Positions 51,336-61,853 are shown, counted from the stretch's first letter. The stretch is DNA of 64,000 nt from Limnothrix sp. BL-A-16 (GCA_041937175.2 CP166615.1:3520001-3584000); one strand, 5' to 3'. Notes: a model not told the origin generated them from the letters alone. Numbers and translations are program-made.

Positions 51336-52847
51336 TTAGCCCGAGAAAGAAGACAAGCCGCCCAAGGTGGTCGATCGGGATGCTAACCGCGCTTTGCCCG
51401 CGGCCGCCCATTGTTGAAGGGCTTCGATTTGCTCACGGGCCGTGCGAGCCAGGGGCACAATTTGGCTAACGGCGGCCACGATGTCATCGGTGGTGAAATC
51501 GCGGTTTTCGCTGAAGCCAATGTGCATCGCTTCCACGATCGACTGTTCAATTTCGGCTCCGGAAAAGTCCGGCGTTTCGTAGGCCAGGCGATCGAGGTCG
51601 TAGGTCTTGAGGTTGTGGGGGCGCAGTCGGCTTAAATGCACCTCAAAAATTTCGCGGCGCTCTGGTTGGCTGGGCAATCCCACAAAGAAGATTTCGTCAA
51701 ATCGCCCTTTTCGCAACAGTTCTGGCGGCAAGGACTGGATATCGTTCGCCGTCGCCACCACAAAAACCGGCGATTGCTTTTCCGCCATCCAGGTGACAAA
51801 CGTGCCAAAAACCCGCGAGGCCGTGCCGCCGTCGCCCTTGCCGCCCAATCCGGCGAAGGCCTTGTCAATTTCATCAATCCACAGAATGCAGGGAGCCAGG
51901 GCTTCCGCGAGCTGAATGGTTTGGCGCGTGCGGGATTCAGACTCCCCCACCAAACCGCCAAACAAACGCCCCACATCCAACCGCAGCAAGGGCAAGTGCC
52001 AATGGTGGGCGATCGCCTTGGCCGTTAGGGATTTGCCAGTGCCCTGAATCCCCACCAACAACAGCCCCCGGGGATGGGGCAGGCCGTATTGGCGGGCCCG
52101 CTCCGAAAATGCGCCGCCGCGCCGCAGGAGCCAGGCTTTCAGGTTGTCTAGCCCGCCAATATCGGACATCTGTTCCGTGGCGGGGCAAAAGTCCAAAATT
52201 TGGGTTTGGCGGATCGATTGGCGCTTTTCTTCCAGGATCAGATCCATGGTTTCGGGGGGGAGGTTGCCGTTTTGGGCGATCGCCCGGCCCAACACCCGCC
52301 GCACCCGATCGAGCGAGAGGCCTTGGCTCGATCGCACCAAGTCTTCTAAGTCTCGTCCTGCCAGGGTTTGGCCCGTGGCTGCCGCCAGCCGTTGCACCTC
52401 CTGGCGCAGTTCATCGGCGGCGGGCAGGGGAAATTCCAGCACCGTCAGCACTTCGCTAAGGTCTTCGGGAATTTGCACCTGCGGGGAAAGGAGCACAATG
52501 TTTTTGGGTTGGGCCTTGAGCGATCGCGCCAAGTTACGCAACTTTCGGGCGATCGCAATATCATCCAAAAATCGATGAAAATCCCGTAAAACAAAGACTC
52601 CCGCCGCCGAATCGGGGAATTTTTCTAGAAACTCCAGGGCTTGCAGCGGATTGCGCTTACCTGCCCCCAAATCATTGGGACTGCCGCTGTAGCCTTCCAC
52701 AAAATCCCAAACATAAACCCCGCGATTGCCCTGGCTTTGGGCACATTGGGCGATCGCCTTTTCCACCCGCTCCTCTTCGGCGGTGGGGATATAAATCAGC
52801 GGATAGCGGGCCCGCAGGAGCAGCGAAAATTCCTGAAAAAAATCCAT
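51336..52847 (-). CDS. ycf46: Ycf46-family AAA+ ATPase
   Basis: RARYPLIYI, IGGLDNLK, GIQGTGKS, WIDEIDK, LRKGRFDE. Confidence 0.9.
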   Translation of the reverse strand: MDFFQEFSLLLRARYPLIYIPTAEEERVEKAIAQCAQSQGNRGVYVWDFVEGYSGSPNDLGAGKRNPLQALEFLEKFPDSAAGVFVLRDFHRFLDDIAIARKLRNLARSLKAQPKNIVLLSPQVQIPEDLSEVLTVLEFPLPAADELRQEVQRLAAATGQTLAGRDLEDLVRSSQGLSLDRVRRVLGRAIAQNGNLPPETMDLILEEKRQSIRQTQILDFCPATEQMSDIGGLDNLKAWLLRRGGAFSERARQYGLPHPRGLLLVGIQGTGKSLTAKAIAHHWHLPLLRLDVGRLFGGLVGESESRTRQTIQLAEALAPCILWIDEIDKAFAGLGGKGDGGTASRVFGTFVTWMAEKQSPVFVVATANDIQSLPPELLRKGRFDEIFFVGLPSQPERREIFEVHLSRLRPHNLKTYDLDRLAYETPDFSGAEIEQSIVEAMHIGFSENRDFTTDDIVAAVSQIVPLARTAREQIEALQQWAAAGKARLASRSTTLGGLSSFSG

Positions 52848-53027
52848 ATTAATGACCGAATCACCAGCGGCCGAGTCCGAAATGCTGAAATTGGCTCTAG
52901 GGCGTATAAACGGCTTCTCTGCCCGCAATTCAGCATACCGCCTCTCTTGTTGAGGCGTGTGTTGCGGCCTGGGCAGGCGGCCAGATTCTGAGGTTGATTG
53001 TCAGATGATCCGAAACCCAATTCCACC

Positions 53028-53211
53028 GTTAGCAGATCGTGGGGGCGTTAGCAGATCAGATCGTGGGGTGTTAGCAGATCAGATCGTGGAGGTGTTAGCA
53101 GATCAGATCGTGGGGGCGTTAGCAGATCAGATCATGGGGGTGTTAGCAGATCAGATCGTGGGGGTGTTAGCAGATCAGATCGTGGGGGACAAGGGGCTTA
53201 AGCCCCTTGTC
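53028..53211. repeat. seven tandem ~24-bp repeats (GTTAGCAGATCAGATCGTGGGGGT) ending in the dispersed palindrome
   Basis: Units at 53028, 53047, 53070, 53094, 53118, 53142 and 53166; palindrome at 53188-53211. Confidence 0.92.
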
Positions 53212-53319
53212 TTCATCAGTCGCTGGGGTAAGCTGCGTATCAACTTTGGCTTTTCAGACATCTTTTTAGAAAGTCAATTCAATTTTTCAACCGTTGAGTT
53301 TACTTAAACTTGCTATCAG

Positions 53320-53982
53320 CTAGTCCACAATTAAACCATCTCGAATTTGAATTTTGCGCTGGGTGCGATCGGCGATCGCTAAGTCATGGGTAATCAACAC
53401 AATCGCGATGTTTTGTTCATGCAATTGATCAAATAAAGTCATCACCTCTTGGGTGGTTTGGCTATCGAGAGCACCGGTTGGCTCGTCCGCTAACAGTAGA
53501 GATGGCTGATTGATCAACGCTCGGGCGATCGCCACCCGTTGCTGTTGACCTCCCGACAGTTGATTGGGCCGGTTATGGAGTCGATCGCCTAACCCAACAC
53601 TCACCAAGGCGGCTTCGGCGCGGGCCCGGCGATCGGCTTTGGGGAGGCCCGCATAGACCGCTGGCAACATCACATTTTCCAGGGCTGTGGCACGGGGCAA
53701 CAGATTAAATTGCTGAAAAACAAAGCCAATGCGCTGATTGCGAATGTAGGCTAATTCTGTCGGATTCAGCGCGGTTAAGTTGCGATTTTCAAAGGTATAG
53801 ATTCCTTCTGTGGGGCGATCGAGGCAACCAATGATATTCATCAGGGTTGACTTGCCCGAACCTGAACTACCCACGATCGCCAAGTAGTCATTGGCAGGAA
53901 TATCTAAATCAATCCCCTTCAAAATGGGCACGGTATTTTCGCCCAGTTGATAGGTTTTGGTGATGTTTTTCAGGGTAATCAT
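53320..53982 (-). CDS. ABC ATP-binding protein (MacB/LolD-like)
   Basis: GSSGSGKS, LSGGQQQR, ADEPTGALD. Confidence 0.93.
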   Translation of the reverse strand: MITLKNITKTYQLGENTVPILKGIDLDIPANDYLAIVGSSGSGKSTLMNIIGCLDRPTEGIYTFENRNLTALNPTELAYIRNQRIGFVFQQFNLLPRATALENVMLPAVYAGLPKADRRARAEAALVSVGLGDRLHNRPNQLSGGQQQRVAIARALINQPSLLLADEPTGALDSQTTQEVMTLFDQLHEQNIAIVLITHDLAIADRTQRKIQIRDGLIVD

Positions 53983-53993
53983 GGAAGGTTGCC

Positions 53994-55268
53994 TCACTCG
54001 CTACGCAGGGCGGCGATCGGGTCAAGTCGAGCGGCATTGCGCGCAGGAATGACCCCAGCCGCCAAACCCACCGCCGTCGATAATCCAACCCCAACTACCA
54101 CCGCACTGCCCGAAATCACTAAGGCAAATTGAAAGACCATTGATGCCACCACGGTCACGCCAATGCCCAAAATGATGCCGACGGTTCCTCCCAAAACAGA
54201 AATAGCCACGGACTCAACCAAAAACTGACTGAGAATAGCGCGATCCGTTGCTCCTACGGCTTTGCGCACACCAATTTCGCGGGTGCGTTCTACTACGGAA
54301 ACCAACATAATATTGGCGATGCCGATGCCGCCAACCACTAAAGAAATCGCCGCAACGGCCACAATCGTGGTTGTCAGTAACCCCAGAATGGTGGTCAAGG
54401 TTTTGAGGATATCGGCCTGGTTGGTAACGCGAAAATCATCATCGGTAGGCGACATGATTTTGTGGCGCAATCGCAGAATATTCGTGACTTGAAATTTCAG
54501 GGTTTCTAATTGCGATTCATGCTGACTTTTAATAAAAATGCCATTCACAGAAATACCCGTGAGCGCATTCCTGCCGATCGTGCGGGCTGACATGGTGGTC
54601 AGGGGAATATAAACCGCATCATCGCGATCTTGCGGCCCCTGGGAACCCTTGGCTTCCATCACGCCAATTACTTTGTATAGTTCACCGCGAATGCGAATTT
54701 TTTGGCCAATGGGATCGATGTCCGCCGGAAACAAATTCCGTTGCACCGTGGGGCCAATCACGACTACTGAAGCCGTTTCATCGAGTTCCGATTGGCGGAA
54801 AAAACGTCCCACTTGCGGATAGGTATTGCGTGCATCCGGAAAGCTCAAATCTGCGCCATAGGCCGTGGTGGATGTGTTGGTTTGGTTGTAAACCACCTGC
54901 ACGGGCCGTTGTAAATAGGCGGCAACGACGGTGGCTGAGGGGGCTTGTTGGGCGATCGCCTTGGCATCTTCCCAGGTGAGGGTGCTCACAGACCCCATGG
55001 CTTGCACCACGCCGCCACTTTTCGCCGAGCCAGACATCACTTGCAACACATCAGTTCCGAGGCTGCGAATGCTGTCTTCCGTAGACTTCTGCACGCCCTG
55101 CCCGATCGAGGTAATCGAAATCACCGATGAGATGCCAATAATCACCCCCAACATGGTTAAGGCGCTGCGGAGTTTGTTATTCCAAAGGGATTCGATCGCC
55201 ATTTCCATAATGTCGATCATTGAAATCGTTAAGCGATTAGGCTTTGCTTGGGTCATTGCAATATTCAC
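53994..55268 (-). CDS. MacB/FtsX-like ABC permease
   Basis: RSALTMLGVIIG, GGIGIANIMLVSVVERTREIG, DPIAALR. Confidence 0.93.
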   Translation of the reverse strand: MNIAMTQAKPNRLTISMIDIMEMAIESLWNNKLRSALTMLGVIIGISSVISITSIGQGVQKSTEDSIRSLGTDVLQVMSGSAKSGGVVQAMGSVSTLTWEDAKAIAQQAPSATVVAAYLQRPVQVVYNQTNTSTTAYGADLSFPDARNTYPQVGRFFRQSELDETASVVVIGPTVQRNLFPADIDPIGQKIRIRGELYKVIGVMEAKGSQGPQDRDDAVYIPLTTMSARTIGRNALTGISVNGIFIKSQHESQLETLKFQVTNILRLRHKIMSPTDDDFRVTNQADILKTLTTILGLLTTTIVAVAAISLVVGGIGIANIMLVSVVERTREIGVRKAVGATDRAILSQFLVESVAISVLGGTVGIILGIGVTVVASMVFQFALVISGSAVVVGVGLSTAVGLAAGVIPARNAARLDPIAALRSE

Positions 55269-55272
55269 CAGC

Positions 55273-55368
55273 CATTGGATAGGATCAGTCGCTGTCGGTT
55301 GGTTGAGACCGGCCGAATTTCATTGAATAGAATCAGTCGCTGTCAGTTGGTTGAGAACTGTCGAATTT
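55273..55368. repeat. diverged 48-bp tandem duplication
   Basis: CATTGGATAGGATCAGTCGCTGTCGGTTGGTTGAGA... then CATTGAATAGAATCAGTCGCTGTCAGTTGGTTGAGA... Confidence 0.8.
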
Positions 55369-55395
55369 CAGCAGCCGAAATTGCAGCCTAAGATC

Positions 55396-56928
55396 CTAGG
55401 GAGGCGGTGGTGCTTTGGGCAGAATACTGAAGCCTTTTGAGCCAGAATCTAAATTGCTGGGCGGACTGACCAATACTTGCTCATTGCCCTGTAACCCGGT
55501 TTTCACTTCGGTGGAGCCTTCAACCGTCAAGCCCGTTTCAATCTTGCGAAAAACAGGGTTACGATCGGCTCCCAAAATATAAACACCTTCACCCTCGGCT
55601 CGGCGCACCACAGCCGCATTGGGCACGAGCAAAGCACTGGCAAGTTGCCCAATTTCAAACTCTGCTTCGACATTCATGCCTGCTTTTAACTGGTTCGACT
55701 GGGCATCATTAATTGCAATGTAAACTTCAAAGCTCGTCACATTTTGCGAGACCGTTGCCTTTGGTGCAATTCGAGCAACATAACCCCGAAATTGCTGACC
55801 AGGAAAGGCATCTACTTGAATGCTTACGGGCTGATTGAGGCGAATATTGCGAATTTGCGCTTCGGCTAAATTCACGACGACTTCTTGGCGATCGCTGGCC
55901 AAAATTAAAATTGAAGAAGAAGAAGCCGATTCGCTACCGCCCGCCACCGATGGGCTAACGAATGAACCCACATCGGCATATTTTTTAATCACAATTCCAT
56001 CAAAGGGAGCGGTGATTTTGGTGTCTTGCAGTTGGGTTTGAATCGATCGCAAATCACCGCGCGCCGACTGCACTTGGGCCTTGGCTTGGGCAACATCCTC
56101 CACACGACTACCCGCTTTGAGTAGGGCAACAGCTTGTTGCTGCTGACGCACGCGGGCGATCGCCTGGGCGATGTCTTCTGGGCGATTGCCAGCCCGTTGT
56201 AGTGCCAGGGCTTGGGCCGCCTCGATCGACTGGCGTTGCGCCACCTCGTAGTCTGTCCGTTTTTGGTCGAGGGTCTGCGCCGAAATTGCCCCATCCTGGA
56301 ATAGCTCTTGATAGCGCTGATAGTCGGACTCGCGCTGCTTTAAGGTGGCCTGGGCTTGCTGCGATCGGGCCACCGCTTGGGCAATTTCCTGGGGGCGATT
56401 GCCCGATCGCAGCATTTGTAACTGAGCTTGACTTTCCGCCAGTTGGGCCTCCGCTTGGGCAATTTCTTGGGGGCGATTACCCGCCGTCAAGCGTGCCAAG
56501 TTGGCCTGCTGTTGGGCGAGCTGGCCTTGGCGCTGCATGAGCTGGCCTTGTAAATCCGCATCGTCCATGAAGGCAACTACTTGGCCCTGACGCACCCGAT
56601 CGCCCTCCTTCACCAGCAGCGATTTGACGATGCCCGCCGTTTTGGGGCCGAGGTTAATCGATCGCTCCGCCGCGATCGTGCCATTGGCGGCGATCGTCAC
56701 GGTCACGGTTTGCCGTCGCACCGGCTGCGTCAACATCACCGTGGTGGAGCGATTGCCCCCCGTGAGTTGAGCCGCCACATTCCCGCCACCAAAGAGCAGC
56801 AGCGGCACGATCGGCAGCCCCCACTTCAGCCAACGCCCGCGATCGCGAGTCTGCATCACCACACCTGCTTGGCCAGAATGGGAAGCACCAGAAAGCCGAG
56901 ACCAAAGGTAGGAAAGGGAATTGGGCAT
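55396..56928 (-). CDS. MacA/HlyD-like membrane fusion protein
   Basis: VKEGDRVRQGQ, long coiled coil with GNRPQEIAQA repeats, ITAPFDG; start uncertain. Confidence 0.9.
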   Translation of the reverse strand: MPNSLSYLWSRLSGASHSGQAGVVMQTRDRGRWLKWGLPIVPLLLFGGGNVAAQLTGGNRSTTVMLTQPVRRQTVTVTIAANGTIAAERSINLGPKTAGIVKSLLVKEGDRVRQGQVVAFMDDADLQGQLMQRQGQLAQQQANLARLTAGNRPQEIAQAEAQLAESQAQLQMLRSGNRPQEIAQAVARSQQAQATLKQRESDYQRYQELFQDGAISAQTLDQKRTDYEVAQRQSIEAAQALALQRAGNRPEDIAQAIARVRQQQQAVALLKAGSRVEDVAQAKAQVQSARGDLRSIQTQLQDTKITAPFDGIVIKKYADVGSFVSPSVAGGSESASSSSILILASDRQEVVVNLAEAQIRNIRLNQPVSIQVDAFPGQQFRGYVARIAPKATVSQNVTSFEVYIAINDAQSNQLKAGMNVEAEFEIGQLASALLVPNAAVVRRAEGEGVYILGADRNPVFRKIETGLTVEGSTEVKTGLQGNEQVLVSPPSNLDSGSKGFSILPKAPPPP

Positions 56929-57066
56929 GGGTGTTTTCCTCCACAAAAATGCCTGGTGAATGTCACGAGTTGGCGGCGGTTGGACGGAGCGATCGCCAAT
57001 GAACGAACAGCAGAATGAACAACAACGGACATCGATCAAGGGCGATCGCCCAGTCTTTTGATCAAA

Positions 57067-57082
57067 AAGTTAGTACTTACTT
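57067..57082. promoter_or_regulatory. putative TetR operator upstream of the efflux operon
   Basis: AAGTTAGTACTTACTT, a near copy of the palindrome at 57804-57819. Confidence 0.65.
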
Positions 57083-57155
57083 ATTAATTACCTAAAAAAA
57101 TCCCACCAAACAGACGCGATCGCGGACGGCCACATGCTCGATCACTTTCCCGACT

Positions 57156-57800
57156 TCAGCCCGACGGCCGGCCCTCTGGCGCGATCCCTGGCCAAAGGAT
57201 GTCGATTAGACTGGCCACAAACTGTGAAGGTTCGATGCGGTGGCTCGGTCTTGGATCTGATGACTGGCCGAGCTGCGGCCCTTGGGAAATGGGTCGCAGT
57301 TCATTGGCAATGACGTAGTTGATGATGCTGCCCACCAGCAGATGCGCCAAGGCCGTTGGGTCGATCGCCCGTAACCAGCCCCCCGCCACGGCCCGCTCCA
57401 AAAACAGGGCCAACAAACGACTATCGCGCACCGGAGGCGGTGGCAAGTGAGGGGAGTGCGGCGGGTGAGGCATTTTTTTTTGCGCCATCATCATGAACAC
57501 CCGTGGCAAGCCTTCTTGATAGAACGCCAGCATTTCGTCACAGATTTCCGTCAGCTCTGCTTTGATATTGGCGGTCGGCTGTCGGTCTTGCAGGCGCTTC
57601 ACCCAGTCGGGCGTTTCCGTCACCCCCATCGCCGCCAAAAACAGGGCTTGTTTGGTGGGAAACCGCTTAAACACCGAGGCTTCGGAAATACCGGCGCGTC
57701 GGGCAATTTCCACCGTCGAAGCCTTCACGCCCTGCTCCAAAAACACCTGACGAGCGGCGATCAAGATGGCTTCGTTGGTGATTTTGGGCGGGCGAGGCAT
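57156..57800 (-). CDS. TetR/AcrR family regulator
   Basis: ILIAARQVF...IARRAGISEASVFKRFPTKQALF HTH. Confidence 0.93.
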   Translation of the reverse strand: MPRPPKITNEAILIAARQVFLEQGVKASTVEIARRAGISEASVFKRFPTKQALFLAAMGVTETPDWVKRLQDRQPTANIKAELTEICDEMLAFYQEGLPRVFMMMAQKKMPHPPHSPHLPPPPVRDSRLLALFLERAVAGGWLRAIDPTALAHLLVGSIINYVIANELRPISQGPQLGQSSDPRPSHRIEPSQFVASLIDILWPGIAPEGRPSG

Positions 57801-57803
57801 AAA

Positions 57804-57819
57804 AAGTAAGCACTTACTT
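57804..57819. promoter_or_regulatory. putative TetR autoregulatory operator
   Basis: Palindrome AAGTAAG-CA-CTTACTT, 3 bp upstream of the TetR start codon. Confidence 0.7.
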
Positions 57820-57928
57820 ACTCAAGAGTTTGCGCAATTTTCCCCGGCTCGTCAAGGCCCATGGGCGATCGCCTCTTGTTGTCCGGGGAGATCCATCCCG
57901 ATCGCCCGGGTTATGGCCGATCTAAGGA

Positions 57929-59695
57929 TCAATTGGCCAGGGTTCGCTCAAACCAGGCCTGGATAGTGGCAGCGATCGCCTCGGCCAGCCGCCCTTGCTC
58001 AGTCGGATCCGTAATCCACTCAGATTCGGTGGGGTGGCTCATAAAGCCCAATTCCATCAAAACGGCAGGGGCGATCGTGGGGCGCGCTAGGGCCAAGTTG
58101 CCCCAAAACACACCGTAGGAGGGTCGATCGAGCCGGCGGGTCAGCTCGTCATGCAAAAACTGCGCGAGGCCTTGGGCTTGGGGCTGATACCAAAACATGC
58201 CAATCCCCTGGGTGGTTTCGGCATTACCATCGTCGGGCAGGGCGTTGTAATGCACCGAGAGGGCGATCGTCGGTTCTAGCTCGGCAATTTGGGCCAGGCG
58301 ATCGGGAATCGGTAAATCTTGATCGGTCGATCGGGTCAGCACCACCCGCGCCCCGCGTCGCTCCAAGGCGGCTTGGAGTTTCAGGCTGGTTTCCAAGTTC
58401 GGGGTCTTTTCGGGGATGCCGGCCGCATTAATTGCGCCCGATTCCCGGCCCCCATGGCCCGGATCCAACAAAATCGTGATCCCCGCCAGAGGAGCCGACC
58501 CCGATCGCAAGGGGGGATGCTTGATCCGCCAATGGAGCACGTTGCCTTCATAGCGCAAAGTCCAGCCCCAGGCCTGGGCGGTGGCCAGTCGGGCCCGATA
58601 TTCCAAGCGATTCCCCGGCAACACTTGCCAAGTGAGTTGACTAATGGCCGGGTTGCGCTGCAAAAACAGGGTGTCCGTTTGGGCGATCGCCTGATGCAGC
58701 GTCAAGATCAAATCCTGGCCTTCCTGGCGCACTTCCACGGGCACGGGTTCGCTGAGGGGAAACTGCACTTCCACAGCCGTTCCCTGATTTTGGGCCCGAA
58801 TGCCTTGCACCACCGCTTGTAGGGGGGTGGAGCTGGGTTCAATCGCCACTTCGCTGGCCTGGATCCAAGCCCCATAGTCGAGGCGCAACCAATCGCCCCG
58901 ACGGCCAGTGATCGTGGCTTGGCTGCCTTGGGGCAAGGGCGTGAGGCGGCTGTGGTCAGTGCTGGGGCCCGTGCGGGCCACGCCCCAAGGAACCGTCACC
59001 CGGGCCCGATCGCGTCGATCGCGCGGCCAAACGGTGATTCGGCCGCGAGGGGTCATGGGCATTTCGCCATCGATGTAAAACCGCACCTGGCCCCAATCGT
59101 CGGGGCGATCGGGCGTGAAGCAGCCCTCATAGGTCGTCAAGGACGAAGGCGGCGGGAGATCGCTGCCCGTCAGTACCGAAGAGTTGGGCAACGGCGATCC
59201 ACCGGATGGCCGGGGCAACATCCGAAAGGTCTGTTCTGCCACCCGCGCATCAATGGTCAAGTTGGGCCGCCCCGTCACCCGCAGGCAAATTGGCTCCCCG
59301 ATCGGCCAGCCCCAATCGGCCATCGGCTCCAGGGCGGCCAGGGGCGTGCTCAACAACGGCTGATTGGAGATGCGGTTGATGGTGCGAATTTCCGTGCGAT
59401 CGGCCCAGCGGATTTCAAACCGGTTGGGGCCCAGTTGCAACGGAAAACTGGGGGCAAAATGCCCAAAAGCACTGCGATTCACCCCTTGGCCATTGATCGT
59501 GACCGAGCCGGTGGGTGGCGCAGTGCCCAGGAAAAAAATTCGATCGCTCGTAGTTTGGTGGCCATCGGGCGGATAGACCAGCCGCAATTCCGGGGAACTC
59601 GGGGCCGGTTGGGCGATCGCCACCCCCGCCCACAGCAACGGCGCGATCGCCCCCACCATCAGCCGGGAAGCGCCCCCCAGTTCCCACGGTCTCAT
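57929..59695 (-). CDS. N-acetylmuramoyl-L-alanine amidase (Amidase_3)
   Basis: LLDPGHGG, EK, LSVHYNA, VLMELGFM; signal peptide and an SH3-like segment. Confidence 0.92.
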   Translation of the reverse strand: MRPWELGGASRLMVGAIAPLLWAGVAIAQPAPSSPELRLVYPPDGHQTTSDRIFFLGTAPPTGSVTINGQGVNRSAFGHFAPSFPLQLGPNRFEIRWADRTEIRTINRISNQPLLSTPLAALEPMADWGWPIGEPICLRVTGRPNLTIDARVAEQTFRMLPRPSGGSPLPNSSVLTGSDLPPPSSLTTYEGCFTPDRPDDWGQVRFYIDGEMPMTPRGRITVWPRDRRDRARVTVPWGVARTGPSTDHSRLTPLPQGSQATITGRRGDWLRLDYGAWIQASEVAIEPSSTPLQAVVQGIRAQNQGTAVEVQFPLSEPVPVEVRQEGQDLILTLHQAIAQTDTLFLQRNPAISQLTWQVLPGNRLEYRARLATAQAWGWTLRYEGNVLHWRIKHPPLRSGSAPLAGITILLDPGHGGRESGAINAAGIPEKTPNLETSLKLQAALERRGARVVLTRSTDQDLPIPDRLAQIAELEPTIALSVHYNALPDDGNAETTQGIGMFWYQPQAQGLAQFLHDELTRRLDRPSYGVFWGNLALARPTIAPAVLMELGFMSHPTESEWITDPTEQGRLAEAIAATIQAWFERTLAN

Positions 59696-60514
59696 TTACT
59701 TGCTGGCCCGCTCAAAGGCGGCCTTGAACGCCTCAGGGCTGGGCGCACCCTGCACCGGCTCACCGGCCATCAAAAAGGTGGGAGTCCCTTCCAAACCCAA
59801 GCTTTCCGCCAACTCCGCATCGGTGGTTACGGCTTTTTTGGCCGCCTCGCTGTTGCGATCACGCTCAAACCGGCTCAAATCCAATCCCAACTTCTTCGCC
59901 AATTCCCCATACAAGCCATCGGCCAGACGCGATTGGTTGGCAAACAGTTCATCGTGATATTCCCAGAACTTGCCCTGTTGCTGGGCAGCCCAAGCGGCCT
60001 GGGCGGCGGGAATCGCCTGGGGATGGATGCTGGTGAGGGGGAAATGCTTAAAGGTCAGAATCACCCGATCTTGATAGTCCTCCATGAACTGCTTCAGGGG
60101 AGCCAAGGCCCGGCCGCAGTAGGGACACTGAAAATCGGAAAACTCCACCAACAGCACTCGACCTTTGCCAAGGGTGGGAGAGTTGCCAATTACCTTTTTC
60201 GGGTCAGATTTGGCATCACGGGCGAAATTTTGCCGCAATTCCCGCTGCTTTTGGGACTGCTGTTGGTTATAGTCCGCCACAGATTCCAAAATCACTTGCG
60301 GATTTTTGCGGATTACGTCCAGCACTTTGGCTTCAAAATCCGCATCCACATTGCCCCCGGCGGACAGGGCGATCGGCTGGCAGGCCACCAAGAAGAGGGT
60401 GGTGGACAGGGCTAAGGCTCCGGCTCCGGCCCAAAAGCGCAGGGAAGAGGCCCGAAACAACCAATGGGCCAGGGTTTGAAAAAGAGTTTGGAGGGTCTGG
60501 AATGCCTTGAGCAT
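59696..60514 (-). CDS. DsbA-family thioredoxin-fold lipoprotein
   Basis: EFSDFQCPYC, GTPTF, lipobox-like LVAC. Confidence 0.9.
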   Translation of the reverse strand: MLKAFQTLQTLFQTLAHWLFRASSLRFWAGAGALALSTTLFLVACQPIALSAGGNVDADFEAKVLDVIRKNPQVILESVADYNQQQSQKQRELRQNFARDAKSDPKKVIGNSPTLGKGRVLLVEFSDFQCPYCGRALAPLKQFMEDYQDRVILTFKHFPLTSIHPQAIPAAQAAWAAQQQGKFWEYHDELFANQSRLADGLYGELAKKLGLDLSRFERDRNSEAAKKAVTTDAELAESLGLEGTPTFLMAGEPVQGAPSPEAFKAAFERASK

Positions 60515-60691
60515 GGGCCTGAGCCTAAATGAAAGATCCTGAGAGCGATTAAAAAACAAACAGAGAACCGAAAAACGAGGGCCGAAAACCTCGACAGGGA
60601 CACAGTGACCCCAAATCAGTGGTCTAAGCAGCACCCGAGGGCGATCATCTATCCCCGCAAGGACTGACAGGGGAGGCCATTGGCCAGTTCC

Positions 60692-61237
60692 TTAGTCGGC
60701 GGCGTTGGGGCGATCGGGTCGTTGCAACATGGCAATCAACAGACAAATGATGCCCACATTAATCGACACATCCGCCAGATTAAACACCGGGAACCGAATC
60801 AGCCGGAAATCCAGAAAGTCAATGACGTGGCCCAGGGCAAAGCGATCGATCCCATTGCCCAACGCGCCCCCCAGCACAAACCCGTAGCCCCACTGTTCCC
60901 AGCGGTTCATGCGCGGGCTGCCCAGGGCCAGGGCCATCAGGGCCGCACTGACCGCCAACGAGAGCCACCGCAGCCAGCCGCTGCCCTGGAACAGGCTGAA
61001 GGCCGCGCCGGAGTTGACTACGTAGGTGAAGTGAAACCAACCGGGGATCAGCGGGATGGTCTGGGGCGGAATCGTGAGAGCGAAGGTGCTGGCCACCCAG
61101 GCTTTGGTGATGCGATCGACCCCGACGCTGGCAACGGCCACCACCCAAAACCAGCCATTTTTGGAGACCAGGCGGCCACAGGATTTGGCCCAGGCGGGAA
61201 TCGGTTTGGATCGAGACTCTGGCACCGGACTATCCAC
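60692..61237 (-). CDS. lspA: lipoprotein signal peptidase II
   Basis: DRITK, NSGAAFS, GGALGNGIDR, VIDF, FNLAD; start approximate. Confidence 0.92.
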   Translation of the reverse strand: MDSPVPESRSKPIPAWAKSCGRLVSKNGWFWVVAVASVGVDRITKAWVASTFALTIPPQTIPLIPGWFHFTYVVNSGAAFSLFQGSGWLRWLSLAVSAALMALALGSPRMNRWEQWGYGFVLGGALGNGIDRFALGHVIDFLDFRLIRFPVFNLADVSINVGIICLLIAMLQRPDRPNAAD

Positions 61238-61295
61238 AAAATTCAACGGTGGCGGCTCTCTGGGGGTGATGGGGTTCCCGCAGGATCGCCAACTT

Positions 61296-61853
61296 TCAGT
61301 AGAACACGAGATGTCGAAAAACTGAAGCGATCGTGGCGGCGGCGCAGGCGGCCACCAGTTGCCCCGGCAAGGCCGCTTGGGAGTACGTGGTGGCGATCGC
61401 CTCAAATTCGTTGGCTCGCAGGGCCATGGCATACACCAGCCCCACCCCATGGAGCACCGCCAGCCCGATCGCACAACCGATCGCCAACTGCTCCACCTTG
61501 GGCGGCCCCAAAAAGGCCCAGCGCCCGCAGAGCCACCCGGCTGGCACAAAGCCCAAGAGATAGCCAAAGCTGGGTTCTTGGATATATTGCCAACCGCCGC
61601 CCCCTTCAAAGATGGGCAACCCCGCCAAACCCAACAACAGGTAGGCAATCTGCGAGAGGGCCGCCGCCGTCCCCCCACCCAAGCAGGCCACCAGCAACAG
61701 TGCCGCCACTTGGTAGCGCGTGCCCAAAGACACCACCCGCACCCCCTCCTGGAGCCAATCCCAAGGGGCCGTGGGCACAAAAACTTCCACAAAGGAGGCG
61801 GCGATCGAGAGTAAGACCCCGATGGCCGCCCAAAGCAAGGTTTCTAGGCGCAT
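61296..61853 (-). CDS. bioY: biotin transporter
   Basis: YLLLGLAGLPIF.GGGG, PSFGYLLGF; downstream of bioB. Confidence 0.92.
   Translation of the reverse strand: MRLETLLWAAIGVLLSIAASFVEVFVPTAPWDWLQEGVRVVSLGTRYQVAALLLVACLGGGTAAALSQIAYLLLGLAGLPIFEGGGGWQYIQEPSFGYLLGFVPAGWLCGRWAFLGPPKVEQLAIGCAIGLAVLHGVGLVYAMALRANEFEAIATTYSQAALPGQLVAACAAATIASVFRHLVFY

Noticed and set aside
53028..53189. Possible CRISPR array, or the 116-aa ORF with VLADQIVG repeats
   Set aside because: Head-to-tail minisatellite without spacers; the ORF is a by-product of the repeat.
61238..61792. Apparent long N-terminal extension of LspA
   Set aside because: It overlaps bioY in another frame; a downstream start gives a normal-sized LspA.
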